In this document: positions 46,894 to 56,331 of the stretch, one piece after another | Layout: the number at the start of each line of letters is the position of its first letter | Position numbering within the stretch: the stretch's first letter is position 1 | Source of the DNA: a virus | Length of the DNA: 64,000 nucleotides | Virus record (IMG/VR): IMGVR_UViG_3300029922_000031 | Span: 1 to 64,000 of that record | Reading direction: 5' to 3' (one strand) | Translations under genes and position numbers: made by a program | The notes under the pieces: generated by a model | Told to the model about the DNA's origin: nothing | The model's input: only the letters and a program-made list of their open reading frames with translations | The model's database searches: none

Positions 46894-48045
46894 ATGCTTC
46901 AGACCGGCATTCGCCGCTTGAGCCCTGGCGCTCTAGCGGTCAGGGAGATTCGCGCTCAAAAGACCGAAGGTGTCAACCGCAGGGCGCTGCTCGCCGCGGC
47001 GCGCGACGCCAGCCAGGCTCTCGACCTTCGCAGCTCCGTGCGGCAGGTTCTTGGTGAGCTTGCCGCCTGCTATGGCGAACAGGAGCTCCAGCGCGGGCTC
47101 ATGGTCTGGCCCTCGAACGAGTATCTCTGCCGCAAGACGGGCTTGGCCGAGCGCACGATCCGTAAGTGCATTCGAGCCTTGATCGACGCCGAGCTGATCG
47201 AGCCGGTCGACAGCGCCAATCGCAAGCGCTTCGCCGTGCGCGGGCCTGGCGGGATCATTCGCGACGCCTACGGCTTCAATCTTGAGCCTATCTACGCCCG
47301 GCGCGCTGAGTTCGCCGGCGTGATCCTCGAGCACCAGCTTGCAGCCGCTCGTCGATCGGCGTTGTTCGACGAACTGACCATCCAGCGCAAGGGCGCCGAG
47401 GAAGCCCTGAGAGCGCTCAGGGCGAGCTTCCCCGCGGTCGAGTGCCACGAGCACGAAACGGCGATGATCGCGCTCCTGGCCACCCTGCCCCGCCGCTCAG
47501 GTAGGAGTGCGCCGGATGCTGCCGTGGCGGCGTGGTTGAATCTGAGAACCGCCTTGGAGAACCTGTTCTTCGAAGCCTCTCGAAATCAAAAAGAGTCCGG
47601 CAGAGCCGGCGATCCGTGCCGTCACAAAGAGCCAGACAAAAATTTCTCTATCGAGCTTTGCCAGAGGCAGCCGGAAGGCTGCGACCCGGTTCGTCAAAAC
47701 GAACAGCCAGCATTGGATCTGATCGTTGAAGCCTGCCCAGCGGCTGCGGCCTATTCCCGGCCTATCTCAAATGAAGATGACCTGATCCGGATCGGCCGGG
47801 AACTTCGGGGTTCGCTTGGAGCGTCAGCCGAGGCGTGGGTCGAAGCGACGGAAGGGATTGGATTACGGCGCGCGGCCGCGCTGGTGCTCTATGTTCTCCA
47901 GCTCGCCGACGATGATCAGAACTCGGGCGAGCAGAAGATCAGAAAGCCCGGCGGGCTGTTCCGTCACCTGGCGCGCAAGCTCGCCGAGGATCAGATGGAC
48001 TTTAACGCCGAGCTGATGGCTTTGCGCCGGCGACACCTGGCGTAG
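46894..48045 (+). CDS. repC: RepC-family plasmid replication initiator
   Basis: AAGGAGG RBS; VWPSNEYL...GLAERTIR...DSANRKRF...AYGFNL; IRKPGG. Confidence 0.9.
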   Translation: MLQTGIRRLSPGALAVREIRAQKTEGVNRRALLAAARDASQALDLRSSVRQVLGELAACYGEQELQRGLMVWPSNEYLCRKTGLAERTIRKCIRALIDAELIEPVDSANRKRFAVRGPGGIIRDAYGFNLEPIYARRAEFAGVILEHQLAAARRSALFDELTIQRKGAEEALRALRASFPAVECHEHETAMIALLATLPRRSGRSAPDAAVAAWLNLRTALENLFFEASRNQKESGRAGDPCRHKEPDKNFSIELCQRQPEGCDPVRQNEQPALDLIVEACPAAAAYSRPISNEDDLIRIGRELRGSLGASAEAWVEATEGIGLRRAAALVLYVLQLADDDQNSGEQKIRKPGGLFRHLARKLAEDQMDFNAELMALRRRHLA

Positions 48046-48179
48046 GCGAAAGAATTTTACACAGCAGATAGAGAGACGTGCAGCCGAGAACCAGAAAGAC
48101 CGAAACAGTGCTGAGCGCCAAGGCGACGCATGCCAGTGTGTCTGCGACGTCGGGTGCGTAGTGCATTGATAAGCCTAAG

Positions 48180-48209
48180 AAAAAAGGGCGACCCTTTCGA
48201 GCCGCCCTT
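48180..48209 (-). terminator. Intrinsic terminator after ligase (convergent with repC)
   Basis: aagggcg...cgccctt stem followed by a T run on the minus strand. Confidence 0.6.
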
Positions 48210-48278
48210 GGGACAGAGAGGGCTGCGAACAGCCACCCATTAGTCTACAGACGGGTATGGATAAGTCAACGCTGACGG

Positions 48279-49808
48279 CTACTCCGCGGCAACGGCGAGC
48301 GCCGGGTCTTTGTCGTCGCGGAATCGGATGAAGCGCGGGTGGCGCAGCGAGCCATCAGGGGTGACTTCATGGAACTCGACCTCGATCAGCCGGCCGATGA
48401 TCTCGCAGCCTAGCGCCTGATATTCGAATGGCTGAATGTCGTCGTGACCCAGCAACCGCACCTGGTCGGCCTTGTATAGCCGCCAGAACTCCTCACGCTG
48501 CGCGTCAGAGAAACCGCCACCGACGCGAACGCTGACGCCCTTGCGATCGACGATCAGCCCGCCGAGCTTGCCGACGTACTTGCCCTCGCCCTCGAAGGCG
48601 TCGATCACCCGAAGATCCTCAGTCTCCTCATTTTTCATCTTGAGCCAGGAGCGCGACCGCTTCTTCTGATAGGTGCCGTCGAGCGGCTTGACGATGGCTC
48701 CTTCGAGCATCTTGTAGCCGCCAGTGACAGGATCGGGCGTGACCGCGAGCAGCTCCTTCTCGAGCTCCTCGTCGCCGCGCGCCAGATAGGAGGCGAGTGT
48801 CGTCGTCCGATATTCCTCGAAGATCGAATCGATCTCCTCGTGCGAGTGAGCCAGCCGACGCGGCACCAAGCGAATCCAGTTGCCGGCCGGGGCGAACTGA
48901 ACCAGCCAGATCAGGAAGGCACGGCGCAGGTCGTGCTTCATATTGAACTCGCCGAGGTTCCGAGCGGTCATGAACGCAAACGGCACGGCGTCGAAGACGT
49001 GATAGATCATCTCCGTCGCTTCGACGCTCTTGCGACGCACGGCGCCGGAGCTCTCGCCGAACAGGCCACTGAGCGCCTCGCCCTCCAGAGCAATCGACGC
49101 GCCGGCGTCGCCGCCCAGTATCGCGTAATACAATTTTGCCAGCGGATGAGGGGGCGCTAGTGGCGGGGGCACTGCGTCGGCAGCGTGCTTCGCCGTCCAG
49201 TGAGCCTTCTTGACCATCTCCGCGACGTGGACGCCTAGACCGTCGAGCGCCGGGAAGTGATTGCCGACGCGGCTGAAGAACTTGCCAGTGCCATCTTTCA
49301 CCAGACAGGGCGCCCGCAGGCCGTCGAGCTTGGGCTCCATCGCCACCGGGAAGGTCTTGATGCGCTTCGGCTCGTATTTGTGGCTCAGCATGACCTCGAA
49401 GGTCGGAATCAGGCCGGGCTTCAACTTGTTGACCGTCTTGGCCGTGACGCCGCAGCGGAGATCCTTCGACAAAATCCGCCAGAGCAGCTCCGAGCTGGTT
49501 GCATCCAGCATGTTCATGAGATCCAGAACGTTCTCCTGCGCCAGGTTGCCGGTCATGATGCGAGCCGCGAGACCGCGAATCGTCGCCCAGACCAGGACGT
49601 TGCTCGCGTCGAAGCGCTTCGTGCCAATCGACTCGACGTGCGGCGGCGTGATGCCGAACGTAATGAACGGATCGCAGGCGTATTTGAGAACCTCGATCAT
49701 GAAGGGATCGCCGATCGTGCCGTTCAGGATTCGCTCCTTCTCGACGCGCGATGAGGTCTTGTCGATGGCCCAGAACGTCTCCATCACGTCGTAAGCAGTC
49801 ATTCCCAT
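48279..49808 (-). CDS. ATP-dependent DNA ligase
   Basis: EPKLDGLR, LEGE, VFDA, EGAIVK, WLKMK, LRHPRF. Confidence 0.93.
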   Translation of the reverse strand: MGMTAYDVMETFWAIDKTSSRVEKERILNGTIGDPFMIEVLKYACDPFITFGITPPHVESIGTKRFDASNVLVWATIRGLAARIMTGNLAQENVLDLMNMLDATSSELLWRILSKDLRCGVTAKTVNKLKPGLIPTFEVMLSHKYEPKRIKTFPVAMEPKLDGLRAPCLVKDGTGKFFSRVGNHFPALDGLGVHVAEMVKKAHWTAKHAADAVPPPLAPPHPLAKLYYAILGGDAGASIALEGEALSGLFGESSGAVRRKSVEATEMIYHVFDAVPFAFMTARNLGEFNMKHDLRRAFLIWLVQFAPAGNWIRLVPRRLAHSHEEIDSIFEEYRTTTLASYLARGDEELEKELLAVTPDPVTGGYKMLEGAIVKPLDGTYQKKRSRSWLKMKNEETEDLRVIDAFEGEGKYVGKLGGLIVDRKGVSVRVGGGFSDAQREEFWRLYKADQVRLLGHDDIQPFEYQALGCEIIGRLIEVEFHEVTPDGSLRHPRFIRFRDDKDPALAVAAE

Positions 49809-49824
49809 CAGATGTTTCCTTTCG

Positions 49825-50427
49825 TTATGTAGAAGCTTTGATGGCCGCATTAAGCGCGGCAGTCAGATCACCCGTTGCGGCCGCGCTCGGCGTTTCTGCG
49901 GCGGGCTCCGCCGGAGGCGGTGACGAAAAGATGCCGCGTGAAATCTTCTTGCCTTGCTTGGCTTCCGGCGGGTACTCGGGAATTTCGCGATAGCCAATGT
50001 CTTCGAGAGTAGCGATCTCGAGACCCTTGAATTTATCGAAGCCCTTGAGCCCGTTGCAGGCGCGAATGCGATCGAGATGTTGCGGCAGAATACCGGGGTA
50101 GTTCGTTATCGTCGTCTCCGGGACGACGATGGGCGCGATCGCTCGCAGCACCTTATCGGAAAGACGGCCGAGCTTCGGCGTAGTCGAGAAATAGGGATCG
50201 ACGCCGGCGTCCGGGTCGAGCTCCTTAAACACAGCGCCCATCGGGCACTTGGAGGCGGACATGCACGCCTGACAGCCCTTGCGAACCTCTGGCCCCTGCC
50301 CTCGCCAGACCATATCGCGAAGCTTGTTACACTCGCGCATTTCGACCTCGGCCCCGAAGATCGGGCAGACGAAGCGAAAGCGATTCTCGGCGCTGAGCGA
50401 CTTGCAGGGCGTCATTGATATCGTCAT
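49825..50427 (-). CDS. Cys-rich phage protein
   Basis: CP...C...GCQACM..SKCP. Confidence 0.75.
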   Translation of the reverse strand: MTISMTPCKSLSAENRFRFVCPIFGAEVEMRECNKLRDMVWRGQGPEVRKGCQACMSASKCPMGAVFKELDPDAGVDPYFSTTPKLGRLSDKVLRAIAPIVVPETTITNYPGILPQHLDRIRACNGLKGFDKFKGLEIATLEDIGYREIPEYPPEAKQGKKISRGIFSSPPPAEPAAETPSAAATGDLTAALNAAIKAST

Positions 50428-51122
50428 CAGAAAGCTCCATAGTTCGGGTTTGCTTCAGTCCGCTTCTGCGGCGGCGCAAGAACTGAAAGTATATGATCGT
50501 ATTGCGCGGACACTGACCCACAATTGATCAAGTCAATGTCTGCGATCTTGAATTTCTGTTGCGTGCTTATATTAACAAAGATCAAGCATTGATCAAATGG
50601 GCGTCGATAGTATTCAAACTTACCATCGTGAAAAGCACCGCCGAGCATGTCGTCTATGCTGAGATAGCTTGCGTGCGCCGCTGGCTCTTTGACTTTGGGA
50701 GCAACTGGCGGCGTGTGACTCCGCGGCTCGACTGAACTTGAGATTATCTCGAACGCGCGTTGCGCGACCTTGTCGTAAAGCCCGGCCATCATTGCCGCAG
50801 AGCATCGCTCCTGCTCCTCTTTATTGATCGACCCGACGATCTTGCGACCTACGAAAGCGCCATCGCGATCCGTTATCTCCGCCCACAATTGAGTGGCGTC
50901 GGTCGCGTAATCCTGAAACGTCGTGAGATTGCAGTCGCCGCCGGTGGGCGAATGCGCGGTACACTTTGGCGGACCCGCGACGACATGGGCGGGCATGACA
51001 GAGCCCGTCCCATAGATCTCCTTCACGAACGGTTTGACGTCGATCCCGAAGCCATTTTCGGAGAGCAACTGCAACGTTCTGGAGAGAAGCTCGCTGCCAG
51101 TGTCGAGCGTCGCAAGCGCCAT
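50427..51122 (-). CDS. Hypothetical protein ending NPNYGAF
   Basis: TGATG-coupled on both sides. Confidence 0.7.
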   Translation of the reverse strand: MALATLDTGSELLSRTLQLLSENGFGIDVKPFVKEIYGTGSVMPAHVVAGPPKCTAHSPTGGDCNLTTFQDYATDATQLWAEITDRDGAFVGRKIVGSINKEEQERCSAAMMAGLYDKVAQRAFEIISSSVEPRSHTPPVAPKVKEPAAHASYLSIDDMLGGAFHDGKFEYYRRPFDQCLIFVNISTQQKFKIADIDLINCGSVSAQYDHILSVLAPPQKRTEANPNYGAF

Positions 51123-51670
51123 CAGAACGAGCCCCAATTGGGGTTGCGCGCCAGATGATCAATCACCGGCTCGGGCTTCTTTGGCGTCTCGGCGGACCTT
51201 GTTCTCGTGCCGATTGGGCGATCATCGACGACGGGCGACAGCTCGAATTTCATGTTGAAGAGGTGCTCGAGCGGGCTCTGGCTAGACTCGGAGCTTTCAC
51301 CCTCGGTCAGTTTGTCCATGAACGCACCGATCTCGTGTTCCAGATCAGACCTAGTGGCGCAGACTCGCTCGATTCCGTAGCTGAGCGATGAGGATCTGAT
51401 CCCGCCGCCGGTGGCATCCGAGTAGTCTCGACTCTGTTTTTCCGAAATCTTCGTGTTGCCTTCATCGAAGGCGTAGCCTACGCTTACCTTCTTCGTGCAG
51501 GTGATGATGGGCTTGCGCGCGCCGATTTTGCCCCACTTGAATAGTAGAAGCGCCGGCGCGATCGGCTGCTTGTACTTCGAGATCACAATGACCTCGTAGT
51601 CCTTGGTGCCGCCGATGTGCTTCAGATAGGTCCGCGTGACCAGGATCGGGAACGGGAACTTGTCGCTCAT
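51122..51670 (-). CDS. WGR-domain-like protein ending NPNWGSF
   Basis: YL...GGTKDYEV...KWGKIG...KISEKQSRDY. Confidence 0.65.
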   Translation of the reverse strand: MSDKFPFPILVTRTYLKHIGGTKDYEVIVISKYKQPIAPALLLFKWGKIGARKPIITCTKKVSVGYAFDEGNTKISEKQSRDYSDATGGGIRSSSLSYGIERVCATRSDLEHEIGAFMDKLTEGESSESSQSPLEHLFNMKFELSPVVDDRPIGTRTRSAETPKKPEPVIDHLARNPNWGSF

Positions 51671-51740
51671 AAGGTGTCGCCGCCTCGCTGCTTCGTCAGT
51701 CATTATTGACTATAGCGACTACGAAGCGGGACGCTCGCGG

Positions 51741-52817
51741 CTATGCGTAGGGATTTCGAATCCGAAATTTTACGTCTAAGAGCGTCGAATATGACTCGGC
51801 CTTCCGGAAGCTCTCGCGCACGACGACGCCCGGCACCTCATTTGGATCCATGTCTTTGGGCAGCCGGGCGATGCGAACCCGCAGACCGAGACGCTGGAGC
51901 ATCTTTGCGGCGTCGAGGGCAGCGATTAGGGCGGCAGACTCGCCGTCCCACATCAGGGTTACTTCCTCGAGCCCGGCCGCCTTGAGCCGCAGGAAGCGAC
52001 CGAGCTGATCGTTGCCCGATGGATCGCCGTAGGAGAGGTGCTTGCCGAACGACCCGACGCACACGACACTGCGAAGATCGACCTCTTCGTCGAAGGCCAT
52101 TTTGGTGGCGATCACGTCGAAGGCGCCCTCTCCCATGCAGACGCGCTTCACACCGACGGCGTTCTGACCGTTGAAGAGATAGCGGCCGGTGCCGGGCAGG
52201 CCCTTGGGGAAGAGGTACTTGCTCTCCGAGTTGCCGGTGATGTCGCGGCCCTGGAAGGTGACGAACTCGCCGTCGAGATCGTAGACGGGGATGATAACCC
52301 GCATGTCGAACTTCTGGCCGCCTTTGGAGCCGTCTTCCTTCTTGAAGTTCCACCAGCCGGTCTCACAGAAGCGCAGATGGAAATGCTTGGCCATTTCGAC
52401 CGTGCAGCCGCGCTCCTCGAGATAGAGCAGGTTCTGACCGTCAGACGTCGGCAGCTCGAACGAGTTCGGGAATTCCGCCTTCTCGTTCTCGACCGCCGCG
52501 GTCGTTAGGCGGCGCGGGCGCCAGCCCTGCTCACGTAGCGCGGTGCGCGCGTGTTCGAATGTCTCCCGCCAGGAGCCGCCGAGGTGTTCGTGAATGAATT
52601 TGAGCTTGTTGAAGCCCTCGCCGCAGGAGAAGCAGTTGCCAATGCCGGTGTCGGCATTCAAATATATTTTCCAACGGCGCTTTCCACACGTTGGGCATTC
52701 GTGCAGTTGAAGCTGGCGGCCGCTGCGCCCGTGAACTGACTTAAAGGCGATGCCTTCGTTCTCGAGATAGGTCTCCAGATCGAGAACCTCCGTGATCTCG
52801 TCAGCGTCGTCTTTCAC
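51741..52817 (-). CDS. DnaG-type primase (Zn finger + TOPRIM)
   Basis: CPTC...CFSC; IIPV; GEGAFD; WDGE; DPNE. Confidence 0.88.
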   Translation of the reverse strand: MKDDADEITEVLDLETYLENEGIAFKSVHGRSGRQLQLHECPTCGKRRWKIYLNADTGIGNCFSCGEGFNKLKFIHEHLGGSWRETFEHARTALREQGWRPRRLTTAAVENEKAEFPNSFELPTSDGQNLLYLEERGCTVEMAKHFHLRFCETGWWNFKKEDGSKGGQKFDMRVIIPVYDLDGEFVTFQGRDITGNSESKYLFPKGLPGTGRYLFNGQNAVGVKRVCMGEGAFDVIATKMAFDEEVDLRSVVCVGSFGKHLSYGDPSGNDQLGRFLRLKAAGLEEVTLMWDGESAALIAALDAAKMLQRLGLRVRIARLPKDMDPNEVPGVVVRESFRKAESYSTLLDVKFRIRNPYA

Positions 52818-53017
52818 TGGTGAAACTCGAGGAAAGCCAGGCGCTTCTGCCGATCCAGCTTACGCTCAACGGCGTCGAGATAGTCGTCGACCTCGGGTGA
52901 AACGACGGTGGCGGGGACTGCTCGCATGGACCGGCGCCAATTGCGCGGCTCGAACCGAAGCTCGGTCTCTTTGTCGCCGACCTCGATCGCCAGTTGAATC
53001 GCGTGTGTTGCGATCAA
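52814..53017 (-). CDS. Hypothetical protein
   Basis: AAGGAG + TTG; 4-nt overlaps. Confidence 0.6.
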   Translation of the reverse strand: MIATHAIQLAIEVGDKETELRFEPRNWRRSMRAVPATVVSPEVDDYLDAVERKLDRQKRLAFLEFHQ

Positions 53018-54375
53018 TGGGGCAACTCCTTCCCGATAACTCCTTTGAGAAATTGCATTTTTGATCTGTCAGATTTTATTCTAAGGATGAAGCCGTCCTC
53101 GCTGTTTCGCGCGGCCGCAAAGAACAGGCGACACTCGCCGGCTAGGCGCTCAGGCTCGGTCGAGTTGATGGAGATGACAACGTCGGCGGTGCGAATCTTG
53201 TTCAGATCCTCGGCGACGTCGGTCATCCTGGCGACGGACGCCTTGGCGCCTTCGCGGTTGGTCTGCGTAGCAGTGAGAACGGCGGCGTTGTAGTCGAAGG
53301 CGATCGCGCGCAGATCGATGAAGATCGTCCGGAGATTCTCGCGCTCGACGTCTGAGCGGTTCTCCGGAGCCATGATGTCGCCGTAGTCGGTGATGATCAG
53401 GTCGAAGATGATGCCGCGGGCTCGGTGGCGATCCAGAACGCGCCGAACTTCCGAGCATTTGAGCGAGCCGGAGGCATACTCCTCGATGATATATTGCCCT
53501 GCCCGCTTCTGCGCGGCTTCGACCGCCTCCTGCACCTTGAACGGGTTCGTGCCGACCAGCTTGATCAGCATGTCGGAGACGCTGGCGTCGACGCGATCGG
53601 CGATGATCTTGGCGCCCACCTCGCACGAGAAATAGATGACGTTCTTGCCGCCCAGCGCCGCCTGTTTGCCGAAGTCGCCAAGCGACATCGACTTACCGCC
53701 CTTGGGCGGCCCCATCATCACCGAGAGCTCTTTGCGGCCCCAGCCGTGGTGGTAGAGAAGCTTATCGAACTCCTCAATCCCGGTCGGGATGCCGTCGCGC
53801 ACGCGAACACCAGACAGAAGGTCTTTGCGTTCGGTAGTGCGGTGCTCGATCTCGGCCCAATAGTCGTAGCTGTTGCCCTCCTGCCCGGCGCCGACCATCA
53901 GCGCCTCGGACATGAGCTTCTGAATCTTGCCGTATTCCTTTTTGCTGACCAGCTCGGCCGAGGTGAGAATCGCCTTCTCGACCGCGCGATTGCGGGCGAA
54001 GTCGGAGATCTCCGCGATGACCATTTCGCGGTCGCCGATCGGCGTGACGACCAGCTTCTTGAGCTGAATGACAACCTCCGGCAGAAGGTCGGAGCGAATC
54101 TTCTTGGCTTCGAATGCGCGCTTGACGACGTGCGCGAGCGCCGAGCCGGGCGCCTCCTTGAAGCGAGTGAAGTGGTCCAAGCCGACCGCGACCAACGAAG
54201 CGTTGATTTCGCTGTCGAAATACTCGGGCTTGATCAGACCGTAGGTTCGAACCGCAAACGAAGTGTCGCGCAGAAGCAGCGCGACGATCTTCGATTGGAT
54301 GCTCTCGCCGAAGTCGTAGCCCGGCTCCGAGGGGTCTTCCTCGGGTGCGATAGCTGTCGCCGCGGTCACGGTCAT
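53014..54375 (-). CDS. dnaB: DnaB-family replicative helicase
   Basis: GIPTG, GPPKGGKS, ITDYGDIM, TATQTNR. Confidence 0.92.
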   Translation of the reverse strand: MTVTAATAIAPEEDPSEPGYDFGESIQSKIVALLLRDTSFAVRTYGLIKPEYFDSEINASLVAVGLDHFTRFKEAPGSALAHVVKRAFEAKKIRSDLLPEVVIQLKKLVVTPIGDREMVIAEISDFARNRAVEKAILTSAELVSKKEYGKIQKLMSEALMVGAGQEGNSYDYWAEIEHRTTERKDLLSGVRVRDGIPTGIEEFDKLLYHHGWGRKELSVMMGPPKGGKSMSLGDFGKQAALGGKNVIYFSCEVGAKIIADRVDASVSDMLIKLVGTNPFKVQEAVEAAQKRAGQYIIEEYASGSLKCSEVRRVLDRHRARGIIFDLIITDYGDIMAPENRSDVERENLRTIFIDLRAIAFDYNAAVLTATQTNREGAKASVARMTDVAEDLNKIRTADVVISINSTEPERLAGECRLFFAAARNSEDGFILRIKSDRSKMQFLKGVIGKELPH

Positions 54376-54650
54376 TCCTTCGCGAGCGTGAAGCTCTCCA
54401 GAGTGTGCTTGAAAACAATCAGCGTTGATTGATCTTCGAAGACAAGCTTAAGGGCGTACTTGTCCGCCTCAAGAAGGAGTGCGGTTATCATGCCGCCGTC
54501 GTTGCCAGCGACAGTGATCATCTTGCCCCTCATGGAGGCCAGCTCGTCGTCGTGCGACCAGCTCTTTGGCTTCGGCATCGACGCCTTACGTCTTAAGCGA
54601 TCGGCGGAAAAAGTCTCACGGGCCTTGTAAACCTGCGGGGCGTTGCTCAT
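54372..54650 (-). CDS. Hfq/Sm-like RNA-binding protein
   Basis: Sm1-like DGGMITALLLEADKYALKL and Sm2-like IVFKHTL. Confidence 0.6.
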   Translation of the reverse strand: MSNAPQVYKARETFSADRLRRKASMPKPKSWSHDDELASMRGKMITVAGNDGGMITALLLEADKYALKLVFEDQSTLIVFKHTLESFTLAKE

Positions 54651-54704
54651 CCGTAACTCTCTGTTTCGTGTGATGAATTTATAGCAGACGCAAAGCGGCT
54701 TACG

Positions 54705-55406
54705 TTAGGCCGCCTCGAGAATTCTTTGCGAGACCTCGTGGCCGAACCGGGCCTCGATCTTGGCGATCGGGAGAAGATCACCGTCAAACATGCCCTTGAG
54801 AGACATGAAGGAGTTGCTTCGCTTGGTCGCCTGGTTCATCAGCCACTCGTGGTGGTCGTCCTGCGCCGGCGTGCCGACGTAGTGCTGAACCCGGAAGCTG
54901 TAGTGGTCGCCAACGTGCAGAAAGCCCTGCTGATGATCCTCCCATTTTTTCTGGACGAACTCACAGACCTCGCCGGAGTAGAGCTGGGCGGGCCGCGGCA
55001 GATGCGGGCGCTTCCAGAATCGAAGGCACGCCTCCATCGCGAAGTCGATGTAGAGATCGTAAGGGATTCCCATCGCGTCGGCGTGTTGCCGGCCGCGCCA
55101 GATCGCTGAGATCAGCGCCTGCGGGCATTCGAACAGATCGTCCCTCTTGAGTGGTCGAACGGCTTCGGCGCCTCTGTAGTCGATCGTCTTACGAAAGAAG
55201 CGCCGATAGACCTTCTTGAACTCGTGGGCATAGAGATAGGTCGCCTTGACGGGGTTGAGATAGCGATAGTCGAACCACTTCGAGGTGAAGAGGTCGCACT
55301 CGTAATCGCGCCAGTCCTTTCGGACAAACCGAAACATGGCCTCGTCGCACTCCTCGTCCGACAGCGCCATGCCGATGATTTCTTCATTGCTTGCTGCGTC
55401 GCTCAT
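54705..55406 (-). CDS. Phage protein of unknown function
   Basis: 233 aa; KWFDYR.L.P..AT motif. Confidence 0.75.
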   Translation of the reverse strand: MSDAASNEEIIGMALSDEECDEAMFRFVRKDWRDYECDLFTSKWFDYRYLNPVKATYLYAHEFKKVYRRFFRKTIDYRGAEAVRPLKRDDLFECPQALISAIWRGRQHADAMGIPYDLYIDFAMEACLRFWKRPHLPRPAQLYSGEVCEFVQKKWEDHQQGFLHVGDHYSFRVQHYVGTPAQDDHHEWLMNQATKRSNSFMSLKGMFDGDLLPIAKIEARFGHEVSQRILEAA

Positions 55407-55435
55407 GTCATTGATTATAGCGCGCAGAGCGACGG

Positions 55436-56233
55436 TCAGACGCTGAGAATGCGCTTTAATCCGTCGAACGCCTCGCTCGGCGCGGCGTCGTCGTCTTCAT
55501 AAGCGAGCACAATCGTCTTGCACACCCCTGACCGAACAATATCGTCGGTTGTGAAATGAACATGACCGAATTGATGCTTGTTGGCGAAGCGACGAACGGC
55601 GTCGGCCAGGCCCGAGCTGCCGTCAATGTCCTTCTGCTTCATGTCGCCGTTGATGACGACCTTGCAGTGCTGACCGACGCGGGTCAGGAACATCTTCATC
55701 TGAACCGGCGTGGAGTTCTGCGCCTCGTCGAAAATGACGAACGCGTTTTTGAGGGACGCGCCGCGGAGAAACGCGAGCGGCCGCGCCTCAATGACGCCGG
55801 ACTTCAAGAGATATTCTAGGTGGCCGCTGCCGAGGCACTCTTCGAGAGCGTCGCGAACCGGGCGCAGATATGGCTCAAACTTCTCGTCAAGCTCACCGGG
55901 CAAAAAGCCCATCGACTCGCCGGCCTCGACCATCGGCCGAGTGACGATCAGCTTTTCGATCCGATCTTCCTTCAGCTCTTGCGCGGCGAGCGTCACGGCG
56001 TAAAACGTCTTGCCTGTGCCGGCCGGGCCAGTACCGAAGGTGATGATATTGGATCGAATTGATTGATCGTATAGACGTTGATTGTCCGTGAGCGGCTTAA
56101 GAATAGTGCGGGTTGGTTTGACGAGTTCCCGAAGCTGTTCTTCCTTTACGACGGCCAGAAGATTGTCATTGTTGCGTCGTTTACTTCCGCGTCTCTCGGC
56201 TCTATTGCCGGCGCGCGATCGGGAAGAACCCAT
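55436..56233 (-). CDS. phoH: PhoH-family ATPase
   Basis: GPAGTGKT, TRP.VEAGE.MGFLPG, LRGAS, DEAQN, NGD..Q.D. Confidence 0.95.
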   Translation of the reverse strand: MGSSRSRAGNRAERRGSKRRNNDNLLAVVKEEQLRELVKPTRTILKPLTDNQRLYDQSIRSNIITFGTGPAGTGKTFYAVTLAAQELKEDRIEKLIVTRPMVEAGESMGFLPGELDEKFEPYLRPVRDALEECLGSGHLEYLLKSGVIEARPLAFLRGASLKNAFVIFDEAQNSTPVQMKMFLTRVGQHCKVVINGDMKQKDIDGSSGLADAVRRFANKHQFGHVHFTTDDIVRSGVCKTIVLAYEDDDAAPSEAFDGLKRILSV

Positions 56234-56331
56234 TACAGTGCCTCGTTCGAAAGGTAGGGGTCTCTTTATTCCAAAAGCTTAGAGCATAAATCAGGAATGA
56301 TCTACTCTTGTTTTTGAAAAATTCCTCCCGC

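Noticed and set aside
21692-54375. Inteins or introns in nrdJ, recA, dnaE, dnaB
   Set aside because: Motif spacing and lengths look normal; no intein termini or split frames seen
8987-54432. Long plus-strand ORFs (e.g. 8987-10165, 10549-11955, 34466-35692, 53425-54432)
   Set aside because: Antisense shadows of GC-rich minus-strand genes with recognisable motifs
12351-54698. CCGC/GC promoter read as sigma54 -24/-12
   Set aside because: No TGGCAC-N5-TTGC consensus
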